A DNA stretch of 64,000 nucleotides from Lytechinus pictus (lineage: Eukaryota). The stretch covers positions 124,001 through 188,000 of the forward strand of contig NC_087246.1 of the NCBI RefSeq assembly GCF_037042905.1. Direction: 5' to 3'. A program made the translations under genes and the position numbers. The notes below the pieces were generated by a model, which did no database searches, had not been told where the DNA came from, and worked only from the letters and a program-made list of their open reading frames with translations. Positions 52,523 through 64,000 of this stretch are shown here, piece after piece (the first letter of the stretch is position 1; each line of letters begins with the position of its first letter).

Positions 52523-52650
52523 CAAATTGATGAAGCTATAGAACTATCGCCAAGTCCATGCGCCTGCGCACTTCAGATTTTTAGCTCAACTTATGAATAA
52601 TTCATGTACCATAGCGTTTCCATGTACGGAAAAAATATTCGCCGCCGGCC
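52523..52650 (+). promoter_or_regulatory. Probable promoter of the PTRH2-like gene
   Basis: NRF1-like motif and CpG-rich sequence about 200-300 bp upstream of the ATG; conserved in the inverted duplicate. Confidence 0.55.
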
Positions 52651-52829
52651 GAGCTCTCGTCGCGTCGCGATATCCTTGGTCGAGTATACAGTATCAAACC
52701 GTAGAGGGGGTGGTGAACAAACTTGGTCTTAATCTTGGACCTGCATCTAGTACTGCTGCTGATTGCTAGCTAGCTGAGCGCGCGCGCGCCGAGCTGTAAG
52801 CTGTGACACCTGCCCCAGACTTCTTCAAA

Positions 52830-52979
52830 ATGCCTCGGATTTCGGAGTACTTTACCCCTCTTACAGTTAATGTACTGTTTAGTATGGGAGCTGGAGTCCT
52901 TTTAGGATGGTTAATAAGGGGTAAAATTCAAAGACAACATATTTTGAAAGCACAGGAAGCTGCCAAGTCGTCAATGGAG
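52830..52979 (+). CDS. First coding exon with N-terminal signal anchor, resembling mitochondrial peptidyl-tRNA hydrolase 2 (PTRH2/Bit1)
   Basis: AAA-ATG start, 50 codons (MPRISEYF..SMGAGVLLGWLIRGK..), then GAG|GTTTGT donor. The anchor resembles the PTRH2 G..CG..LGW.LR segment. The catalytic domain is not seen in the window, so no symbol is given. Confidence 0.55.
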
Positions 52980-53675
52980 GTTTGTACAGACTGTACCAGT
53001 ACCACCACTGAACACCACGTACCACTTTACCAGTAAAGTCCCGTGTGCACGGTGGTGTGTTTGGTTTTCTGCAGGCCTGCGCCGGCGCCTGCCAACTATA
53101 TTTAGTATTTTTTAGACCTAGTCAGAGTAAAGTGCCCAAATATCGGACACTTAATCATAATTGCACCAAAACAAAAATACAATCATTGAATCAAATAAAA
53201 ATCATGTTTGTTGGCCTTATCCTGAAATAAGTCACCTCTCTTCTCGACTCGAGTGTGTCAGTGTCAGTGTGTGCGCTCGTTGACGTTGTAGGCCTACTAC
53301 TACTAGTATTATAGTCACGTATTGTATTACCGGACACCATTATGATTCCGGACGCGCATATTACTGCATTCTAAAACAAATTCGTACCGTAAGACCAAGG
53401 AGATCTCTCCTTGGTAAGACTTCCGCAAATCAATTTCACAGAGCAATACATAGAACAAGATTGCAAAAACAAGGCGAAATATCCAACTTTTAGTTATCTC
53501 TAAAAATGACAGAAAATGCTTAAAATATCATATAGCATAGTTTTGTATTAACAATTGATATATTTTCTAACGGAAATATAGGCCTGATTTGCCGAATTTC
53601 AATCTCGTCCACTCCTTCGATTGAATGATGTGGTGTGGTGTATTTGTGGGTGATCGTCGATGGCTAGTTCTCAAG

Positions 53676-54520
53676 TAGACCAAAAGCTTCAGTCTCTGTA
53701 TTTTGGTTGTTCCGCTGAACTACGTTGGCTCCACTCACCATACATAGACTGAAGGGGATGGGGCCCCGTACCTACAGCCAACGTATAGTGAACTAGCGTT
53801 TTATAGATCGCGATTTAAAACTGTTTTTTAAGCAAAATTGAAAGTTTCATGGTTTCCATTATCAGGGAAATATAAATTATAAATTAAGTAATTGCATACC
53901 TTGGGCCGGAGTTATTGAAAAAATCCTCTGGATGATTGAGAAATCTGTCATCTAAGACATTTTCACCTGACCTGACGGTTTTTCTTGCAAGTTGCCATCT
54001 TGAATGACGTCATTATCGTTATTAACTTAATGTCTCGAATCGATATATCGCGATTATAACTAGTACTAGTACTAGTATAACTAGTATCGTTTATCTTCGG
54101 TTTCGTTCGCATATGGAGCAGATTGTATAATATCGAAAGCAATATCGATATCACATTCGTGATTGTTGACGTTCGTTTGTAAATATTTTATAGTTTGGCT
54201 GCCATTTTGACCATTTTTATCGTGTTCAACCCAATTAAACATCGGTAAAGTATATTTTTCATTCCTTTTTCATCTATATCGTTTAAAGTATTTAAACATT
54301 GAAATATCAAGTTTTAAAAGTTTGTTGTTTATTATACATCCTTAGATTGTAAATTCGATGTGTAAAATTACATCAAACTTTGGACTGTGAATTGACAAAA
54401 GGGAGGGAATGAGAACACATGCGAGCCCACACGTACACCCTACCGTCGGTAAATGGGGATTACAGTAAAATGTCAGAAATTGTTGAATAAATCCCCAGAA
54501 ACGACGGTTATTCCTGTCTA
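53676..54520. mobile_element. 845-bp internal-deletion derivative of the AcademH-like element
   Basis: TAGAC..GTCTA ends and 9-bp TSD GTTCTCAAG. Equals the reverse complement of 47557-~47162 joined to ~36561-36132. Empty site at 35774-35782. Confidence 0.9.
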
Positions 54521-57500
54521 GTTCTCAAGGTACCCGTGCGCGAGGTTTACCGTGAGCAGAGCCATCGATCGGCAGCATCGATAGAACTTGATGAGCGTCA
54601 CGTTACTAACGCGAGCATATTATTATTGGAAAGTGCCATGGAACATGCAGCTAACAAGACAAAATAATATAAATTATCAAACATGAATTTGATATTATCA
54701 ACATCTGCTCAGATTCGATATAAAAAAAGCAAATAATACTTAGAATTTACTCATGATAAGATATAAGAAGAAAAAAATCACAAAAATTTGCTCTTACATC
54801 ATTATAATCAAGGATATCTTTACCCGTCCGGCGCGCGTCCGGAATCATGATGTAATTTGTCGCGCACGAAAATAATTGTTTTTTGTGGAGGGGTATGCGG
54901 CAAGTGTGATGCAAAGAAAATGGTTGGTAAATATAAAATAATTATATCATATTCATAATTTTCATAATATTTGGAATAGCAAGTGTGAATTTTTCTTGAT
55001 TGTATATTCCTCTAGTTGTCATTTTTAAAGCACTGAAATAAAGGTGTCCGGCAATAGGATACACTGCCATATATTAGAGTATAGTACAGTATCACTATAA
55101 CCCAGGGAGCTCCGGCCCGCGCAGCGGGCCGGAGCCCAGGGGCTTACCGTGTAATTTGCCATACCCCACGGTAGTAGCGTGAGGTATGGTCTAAATCTTT
55201 TTAAGAGTAAATACTTAAAACAGAAATTAAGCACTTACCACGATTATATGGATGAAGGTCTAACGAGTGGCAGCTTCCTGACATCGAGGCACAGACTGGA
55301 ACCTCAAAAAACGAAAAGTTCTGTCGCGGTAGCACTCCTTCTTTCAAAATTCAAAACAAAATGGCCGATCGAGACCGAGGCTATAGCACTAGCGCATATA
55401 GACTTCGTCAAATTCGCGCATGCGCCCTACACCCTCAGTACCGGTCTCGAACGGCCATTTTGCTATGAATTCTGAGTTAAGTACAGTACAAAGTCAATGG
55501 GAGATGAAAAAAGTCACCGCCGCTGACGAAATGAACGGCAGTGAATGGAGTGGTGACTTAAGCCAGGATAATGCCTGTTTAGGTCTGTAGTACAAAAGTT
55601 GAATATTATTAATGTCATTAAAAAAATAGAATCGAAAAAATTATGGTAAACAGAAATTATTTACTTACTACAGTAGAGACTAGAGGCGCTGGTCAGAAAA
55701 TTGGGATTGTCCCAATTTACAGAATACAGGGACTGTCTCAGTTTTCGAAGATTTCTCCACACAAGAAATCTAGGAAAGTTCATTCACCTGTCAAGTGCCG
55801 ACACCAATCAAGTGTGCTAGTCAATGTAAACATATCAGGTTTCATAACAAGATCACTCACACGTATTGCGAGGTTAGTATTAGTCACTCACACTAGTACG
55901 AGGTTAGTATATATATATATACTAACCTCGTACACCGAACCGTGTTTGACCCTTGATTTCGAAGTAGTCGGCAAACATCGCTTCATTGCTGAAGTAATAT
56001 TTGCCGAAACTCCTTCTCGCTACTCACCGGGGCTCTTTCCGGTAAGTAGCAATACATTAAAAAATTAAAAATGTAATTTGAATATAATAATCGGTCAAAA
56101 AGAGCAAATTTCGCTTACCTCGGCCTGGAAAGTAACTTCGCTTGTCTCTTCTACGGAAATACAAGGAGGCCCGTTGGTGGCGCTAATTAATTTCACAACC
56201 TTGATTCAGCTCCTCTGTAATTTTATAACTGTGTTTAAATTCTTTGAATGCGCAATTCTTATGATTAATTTACTAATTATGGGCACCTTCAAACATGTCA
56301 AAAACATAATTCAAGATTATTATTGGCGATGATAACACTTTTCTGCAATTAATTTAAAACTATGACTAATAAAGAAAAATTTAAAAAAAATATACGTGCC
56401 TGGAACGAAACCAGCAGTACATCAATAATACGGTATAACAAAGTCTTTACAATGAAAAGATTGGACACTTCACGGACTTTGCGTAATGACCTGCGTCAAT
56501 TTGCGTGTAAAATAGTGTAGGTGCCTAGTCTTTCTCTTGTCGTGTCTTTGATATGAATATAAATCGCGCGCCCTCTTTAGACGAAAATTGATATCGGCGC
56601 TGACCAAATTTTATCTCCGGGAAATCTTCACTAAAGATCAAGAAAATATACATATTTTTTAGAAGCAACTTCAAGGAGAAGTCACGGAAGGATCTAAATG
56701 ATTGGGTAAGTGTCATAGCAGAATGTGAAATCCCTAATAATGTGTGATGTTTTATGTGGGCGAAAGCCCAGTAGTATATGGATGTGTCGTGTGTGTCGCG
56801 TTATTATGAATGATATTCCTTCGCACGCGAGATGATATGAGCCCATGGGTGGTATTAGTACCTTCTTCTTCTTCTGTTGATTTCCTCCAGTCCTGGAGAA
56901 CTGCGAGATCCAGTGGATACGCAGAAAAAGTGGTTTGATAAATACGTATAGAAACAAAAGAGCAAGGCTCACCATGAACCACGTTTGGCGGTGGATTTCT
57001 AACTAGTGGGTCGCGCATGCAGGGATCTCACTTCTGGTGTCCACAACACACGACTTCTATGGCTTGATTTTTCTGTGCGCGGCAGCATGTAATGAACCCT
57101 TGGGTGAACAAGTTGGAAGACGGCAAGTCATGTAAAATAGACGGTGAACTGGGGGGAATTGAGGTCACTGTCTATTTTTAGTACTCTCAATTTCCGTAAT
57201 TGCTGTCTTTGTCCCGCAGGGGGAAGTGAAAAAAAATGCCCCCTTAAACAAGGACAGTCTCAATTTGTCTTGGTTTATGAGGATATCCTTGTTTTCTTGG
57301 ACAATCCCAATTTTTGGACCAGCGCCTCTACTGTACTACCAGAGGCTTGTTTTTTGCCAAAAATCTGATACAGTTTCCAAATATTGGACGCATAGAGTTG
57401 TGTGCAGCGATCAATTTCGGCGATTTAAATGGCACTCTAGACCCCAAAATAATTGCTTTAATTGTTGATAAAATATTTTATTTTAGTCATGTTAGTTGGG

Positions 57501-57899
57501 ACATTTTATGTACAAGAAACGATCTGAAAATCGGGTTTCCGCCGAATGTTATTGCAGGGTGCTTCATAACTTTTTTGAAGCACTTGCCCAGTCGGGCAAG
57601 TAAATTTTCAAATAGTTGGAAAATACTTGCCCGAATATAGATTTCACTTGCCCAAAAAAATCCTTCAAAACAAAGTTTTATTGCTTCAAAACAAGTTATA
57701 GCCTTATAGTTTTACATACCATACCATTGACGGCTTTAAAAATACATTTTTCAACATGATTACTGATGTACCTTGTAGTTGTATTTCTTTTTTTTTAATG
57801 ATTTTTATCTTGAACATCATGACAAAATATATGGTAAATATGCTCTTTAAATAATTTCCTAATCTCATATATTTTCCATATATTTTTGGAGGGGACTAG

Positions 57900-59200
57900 G
57901 ACACATAATAAAAAAAGGGGAAATCGCTGAAAATAACCAGAGAAAAAATATAAGAGAGGGGGAGAGAATGAAAGAAAAAAAAGTAAGAAGAAAGACAGAA
58001 AGGACGAAGAAATAAAGGAAGGAAGAAAGAAAAAAAAAAGAAAAAGAGAGAATGGCTGCGGGGAAGAGAAAGGTGGAAAGAAAGAAAGGAAAAAGGGAAG
58101 GGAAAGGAGGATGGAAAAAAAGGAAAGAAAAAAAAAATAGGAAAAAATGAGAGGAAGAGAAAGGAAGCAAAGAAAGGAATGAATAAAAGGAAAAAAAGAA
58201 AGAAAAAAGGTAAACAGAAAGGAAGGAAAAGGGAAAGAAAGAAAACGAGAGAAAGGAAAGAAGGAAGAAAGGAAGGAAGAAAAGGTATAAGGATAGATGG
58301 AAGGAAGGAAAAAAAGAAAAGATAGATACAACGAAAGACAGAAAGAAATGAAGGAAGGCAGAAAGAAAAAATAAGGAAGAAAAGAAAGGATGGATGGAAA
58401 AAAAAAAAAAAGAACAAAAGACCAAAAAAAAAGAAAATCAGAAAGAAAGAAGGAAAGAAAGAAAGAAGGAAGGGAAAAAAAAAATAGAAAAAAACTGAGG
58501 GGAAGAGAAAGGAAGGAAAGAAAGGAACGAATAAAAAAAGAAAAAGAAAGAAAAAAGGTAAAAAGAAAGAAAGGAAGAAAGAAAAGGTAAAGGATTGATG
58601 GAAGGAAATGAGAAAGAAAGAAAATGAGAGAAAGGAAAGAAGGAAGATAGGAAGAAAGAAAAGGTAATAAGGATAGATGGAAGGAAGGAAAAAAAAGATA
58701 GAACGATAGACAGAAAGAAATGAAGGAAAGAGATGAAGGAAGGCAGAAAGAAAAAATAAGTAAGAAAAGAAAGGATGGATGGAAAAAAAAGATCAAAAGA
58801 ACGAAAGACAGAAAGAAAGAAAGAAGGAAAGAATGACAGACAAAAAGAAAGAAAAGAAAGTATGAAAGGGATGAAGAAAGTAAGGAAGAAAAAAAGACAG
58901 GAAGAAAAGGTAAAGAATGGATGGACGGAAGGAAGACAGTAAGAAAGAATGAAAATAAGGGGAAAAATAAGGGGAAAAAGAAGGAAGGATTAAAGAAATA
59001 GGTAAACAAAGGGCGGATGGAAGGAAGAAAGATAAAAAGATAGAAAGAAAAGAATGACAGCTATAGTAACAGAAAAAATTAACAAAAGAAGGTAGGAAAT
59101 TTAAAGAAATAAAGAGAGATTCAAAAGAAGGAAAGATAGGCAGAAAGAAAGAAAATAGAGAGGAAGAAAGCTCAAACTATCCAGTCATAAATAAAGAAGA
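57900..59200. repeat. GA-rich low-complexity tract inside a hAT-like element (~57555-60430)
   Basis: Polypurine tract with internal duplications. CTTGCCC..GGGCAAG motifs at 57580-57650 and 60375-60430. Confidence 0.8.
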
Positions 59201-59529
59201 AAATTTATCAATTTCCTTGGCTAAAAAAATAGTTACGAAAGAAACAACGTTTATCAACATACACACAAATGCATATGTGGGACTGTCAAATAATGTATTT
59301 CAGTGTGTGCGATACAGACGATCATTCGAAACCCGATCTTTTTTAAGCATAACAGAAGGGAAAATTTCTCCTTTTGCTGCTTACAAATGACAGAGCTACC
59401 TCCAATTTTTAGGAAATATGGACACTACAAGAATTTTCATTGGTAAGAAATGTGAATTTTGACAGTTCTGTGGGAGATTTCTTCCAGACCAAACTTCGTT
59501 CGTGCAGCACGGTACTCGTACAAACTTAA

Positions 59530-60113
59530 AGGAGAATGAAACTCTTGGAGCAAGTTAGCTTTTGTGAAAGCAGAAAAATCAAAGAATAAGATCAACAAAA
59601 AATTGAGTAAAATAGGACTAGCAATAGAAGAGTTATGAACATTTGAATGTCGAGATCACTAATGCTATGGAGATCCTCCCATTGGCAACGCAACCAAGAT
59701 CTATGATATCACAGATGAACAACTCTCCCCTTTTGGACACTGAAAATATACCCCAAAACATCTCTTTTTGCTCATTCTAATCATATGACAAACGATTCAT
59801 CAATGATATAATGTTGTGAAACCTCTGTACTTGTCCTCTCATAAAGAGAACACCTCACCTTGTGAAAGATTCTATAAAAGTGAGAATATAAGTGAAATAA
59901 GTACTAAAGCAATGAGGGAGTTGTACGTGTGTGACATCACAGATCTTGGTCGCATTGCCAATGGGAGGATCTACATGGCATTAGTGATCTCAATATTCAA
60001 ATGCTCATAACTTTCTTATTATTCATTCAATCTTCCTCAAACTTTCAACAATATGTTTCTTTGATTTTTCTCTTTGATATGGATTCAGCTGGTTTCAAGG
60101 GTTTCATTCTCCT
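59530..60113. mobile_element. Kolobok-like palindromic MITE
   Basis: TTAA flanks; TIR AGGAGAATGAAAC.CTTG; long inverted arms. Confidence 0.85.
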
Positions 60114-60497
60114 TTAACTACATGCTTATCGGCTGCGTGGACTAGGCGCTAGCTAGCTAAGTTAGGTATGCTAGACTGCCAGTGATTCTTTGTGTGTGTG
60201 TACGTCTCTGAGCTGTGTGTTTATTGCAGAAAATGGCGCACATTGCGCAAATTTTGCAATTCGAAAGAAGAAATTAAGGATATTGCTTTTTTTTGGTCTC
60301 TTTTTCTTTTCTATATTTTGATGGTGAAATATGGGTAATCTTTCTAAAATATAATTTCCATAGGAGAATTTTGCTTGCCCGATTCGGGCAAGCAGGTTTT
60401 GTCTTTGCTTAAAAACACTTGCCCGACTCTAACTTTTACTTTACTCTAACTTTTAACGTTACTGCTGATGTTGTCTTTACGTATGGGCCAACAACTT

Positions 60498-60575
60498 TTC
60501 AGTCTATGTATTGATGAGTGGAGCCAACGCGGTTCAGCGGAACAACCAAAATACAGAGACTGAAGCTTTTGGTCT
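60498..60575. mobile_element. Solo AcademH-like terminus
   Basis: Matches 47480-47557, ending GAAGCTTTTGGTCTA. No partner end or TSD found. Confidence 0.7.
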
Positions 60576-61315
60576 AGTGTTCTTAGGAGCAACACACAAC
60601 AACTACCAACTATCGCTCAACTGTTTCACAAAGCTGATTTGGGCGATACGAAGAATGGTCCTTGGAAAGACACCTCCAGACATGTCCTATGTAGGCATGA
60701 TCTTCTTTGCACACCGCCCGCCACCGTCGGCATCGAGAGTAAATGCGTTTACGGCAAGCCACACTGACATATCACCTTTAAACATTTTTGGGGGGTCATT
60801 CGATTGCACTCTGATGCATTTTATCTGGGATGGCGCAAAGTTATTTTTTATATGGGGGCTATTTTGTTATCAATTTCAGGTCGTCTTTTTGCTCGGCAAG
60901 ATGACCAAAAGCGGATGTCATTTTAACTTCTCCGGGGTAATTTGTCCCAAATAATTTTTTAATGTTTTCTTTTATTCTCCCTCCATCTTATCCCCACCCC
61001 TTTTCCTTTTTTAAAAATTAAACTTGAAATATCGAAATGGGCGGCAATCTCTCTGACCCCTCGTACTTTCTCATTAGATAAACAACATGAAAACGAATTT
61101 AAAAAAAAATTATGTGGTAAAAACGTCTTTATAACATTCAGCCAAAAAAACATGATACAAAACTAAGATGTTAAACATGCTAAATCATTTATTAATTTTT
61201 GTCTCACCTGCGAAGCAGAGTGAAACTATAGGCCGCTTTTCCGGCGGCGGCGTCAACACCAAATTTTAACCAAAGGTTAAGTTTTTGAAATGACAGCATA
61301 ACTTAGAAAGTAAGC

Positions 61316-63620
61316 CTGAGTCATCGATTATTTTGAAAACCGGTGGTCGACAGCTTTAACCCTAATTCTCCCGGGGGGGGGCCATTATGGCCCCCCCCCT
61401 CGACAATTTTCGCGATATATCTGCTGCGCAAAATTTTTTGACCTCGCCGCTCACCGACTTTTTACTTTCAAGTCTCGCGCAAATTTTGAGCCCAAATTTG
61501 TGACGCCCGGGTACACGGTGACGACATTACGCAACATTATGTAAGTGCATGTCAGACCCAAAGTTGCTCATAAACGTGATTTCATGTACAAATCCAATGC
61601 AAATTGTGTATTTAGCCAAAATTCATAAATGTATCATTATTTCTACTTTTACTGATTAAACTTAATTAATTTTGCCTTGTTTATGATCAGAATTAAGTCT
61701 GGAACAATTTACATTGAAAAAACAATAAAAAACAAAAAGTAAAAAAACAAAGAAATACATAAGAAATTCATAAAACAATAAAATACATAAGAAATTGATT
61801 TCCAAACTGAAGTTTTTTTTTAATGCGATTGTTAAGAATGCTACAAAGAATATTTTTACCAAAAATTAGCACTCTAGGAGCTTTATTTAGTGAATTAGAG
61901 CAAAAAGTATGATTTATGCATAAATTAGCATAATTAATTCATATAAAATAAAATCTCATTATTTTGGAAAATTTTACCATACAGCCTTGTAGATTACATC
62001 GCACACTACCAGCGTGCAAATTTTTGCGTCGCTCGCGCGATCGGCGGCCGAGATCTTAAGGGGGGGCCATAATGGCCCCCCCCCGGGAAGGACAAGAATC
62101 AAAATACCCCGGGAGAGTTAGGGTTAATTCGATCGAACATCGATGCATTGAATTTTGAAGGCAGGGAAAATCGAGTCAATTTTTTTGCTCCGGCCGGCCG
62201 CCGTCGATGCATGCATGTACGCATTGCGGCGGTAAGCATTGGCAGGGTACTGTATGTGTTGCTCAAGCAGATGACAGAGCAAAGTTTGTTTGTATTTTCC
62301 ACGATCACAGAACACAAAAAGGGACAATGCAGAATTCTTTAAGAATAACAATGATTTTTGCAGATGACAAAATATAAGTTTAAAATAAAACAATATTAAA
62401 GACATGAATCACGCAGAGTCTATCAGAATGATTTACCAGCGGAGGGCACTGTAACTTGCCGAGATGTAGTTTGATCCAAAATTAGCTCCAAATGGATGGG
62501 AATAAAATATGTTATTTTCTCTGGATGGTCATTTTAATTGGTATTCAATGCTGATATAACGATTGTGAGGAAAGATCGTGGAATATGACTGATGTCGATG
62601 TTCAAGAATTAATCCTGATATGATTGATAATCCCTTTTTTTTTTTTAGACACAAGAGCATGCGGGGATCGAAATAAATACGAATGCCTCGGATCGAGCTC
62701 TAAATCTATATAAATTATTATCGGACGTTATATTAATTACGATTTAATAAGATTTTATGGCCATACTAAAAATATTGACTGAGTCATATCGATTATTTTG
62801 AAAACCGGTGTTCGACAGCTTTAATTCGATCGAACATCGATGCATCGAAATTTGAAGGCGGGGAAAATCAAGTCATTTTTATTGCTCCCGCCGGCCATCG
62901 ATGCATGCGCTATGCATGCACTACATGCACTGACGGTCTGCGCTGGCCGGGTGAGCGTTGCAAAAGCAGATGACAGAGCATAGTTCGTTTGTATTTTCCA
63001 TGATCACAAAACACAAAAAAGGCCGGGGGCAATGCAGAATTCTTCCCAAAATATCTTCAACAATGATATTTGCAGATGATAACATATAAGTTTAAAATGA
63101 AACAATATTAAAGACATGAATCACGCAGAGTCGATCCGAATGATTTTCGGTCAACTAGCATTCGCAGTCCAGACTCGCACACACCAGCCCCGTCCGCAGC
63201 CGGCCCCATTCACTCACTCTCCCCAAACGATAGGCGTGATTGCCAGCGCCATCTAACAAGTGCAAACAGCGGGGAGAGCGCTGTAACTTGCCTGAGATTG
63301 TGTAGTTGGCAGGGTAGTTGGATCCAAAATTAGCTCCAAATAAATTGATGGAAATAAATACGTAATTTTCTCTGGATGGTCATTTGAATTGGTATTCAAT
63401 GCTGATATAACAATTGTGAGGAAAGATTGTGGAATATGAGTTCTGACGATGTTCGAGACTTAATCCTGATAATGATAATCCATTTTTTTGTAGACACAAG
63501 AGCTTGTGATCGAAATAAATACGAATGTCTCGGATCGAGCTCTAAATTCATATAAATTAGTATTGGATGTTAAATAATTATGATTTAATAAGATTTTATG
63601 GCCATACTAAAAATATTGAC
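61316..63620. repeat. Two-unit tandem duplication (~700-840 bp; first unit interrupted by a MITE)
   Basis: Units start TGAGTCAT..CGATTATTTTGAAAACCGGTG (61316, 62780) and end GGCCATACTAAAAATATTGAC. Confidence 0.85.
61360..62123. mobile_element. piggyBac-like MITE
   Basis: TTAA TSD; TIR CCCTAA.TCTCCCGGGG. Empty TTAA site in the tandem duplicate near 62821. Confidence 0.88.
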
Positions 63621-64000
63621 GATGTCAGCAAAGTATGTTATGTTCATATGGAAGAATTAATAGTATTATACTGGCATTATTTTTATTTTTTATTCCATCT
63701 CTGGACGTCTCCGAGCTCCGAGAAAAGAAGCACAATGCGCATGCGCGTTCGATGACGTCTGACATATTTTCCATTCATGAAATCAGAGCCCAAAGTTGGG
63801 CACAAACAAGCTTCAAATTGATGGGAAAAAATATCAAATGTAATTTTCTCTGTTTTGTCATGTAAAATATTATTATATGGTGATATTACGATCTTCAAAA
63901 GAGTTTCTACATGTTGACAATGTTCGATAATCAATCCTGACGTGTAATTATTTTTTTAGACAAGTGCGATTCCACTCACTCAAGTCGATCGTCATGTGAT

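Noticed and set aside
57795..59009. 404-aa F/L/S-rich ORF (also 16547-17348 and 15464-15799)
   Set aside because: Translations of low-complexity purine/pyrimidine or CAA tracts.

Overview
AT-rich, repeat-dense eukaryotic DNA. The repeat families suggest a marine invertebrate, probably a sea urchin, but that is inference. There are no prokaryotic operons, rRNA or CRISPR arrays. Host-gene content is sparse: two minus-strand exons of a small membrane protein (7712-6783) and a probable PTRH2-like first coding exon (52830-52979). The main structures are: (1) a family of DNA transposons with TAGAC/GTCTA ends and 9-bp TSDs, resembling the helicase-encoding AcademH lineage. The 11.4-kb copy (36132-47557) still carries a RecQ-like helicase first exon and a convergent CxxC..CxxC ORF. 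It is accompanied by an 845-bp internal-deletion derivative and a related 446-bp element. Each end carries its own subterminal inverted repeat instead of long TIRs. (2) Two near-identical inverted copies of a 7.4-8.9-kb CACTA/EnSpm-like element carrying cargo (19682-28586 and 38364-45790). (3) An older head-to-head inverted duplication of a promoter plus intron (about 33.65-48.7 kb vs 52.25-61.3 kb). (4) A Penelope-like retroelement and two minimal hammerhead ribozyme motifs. (5) Many MITEs, Helentron-like elements, a tRNA-derived SINE, LINE stubs and apparent TA-site excision footprints. All alignments were done by eye and no database searches were run.
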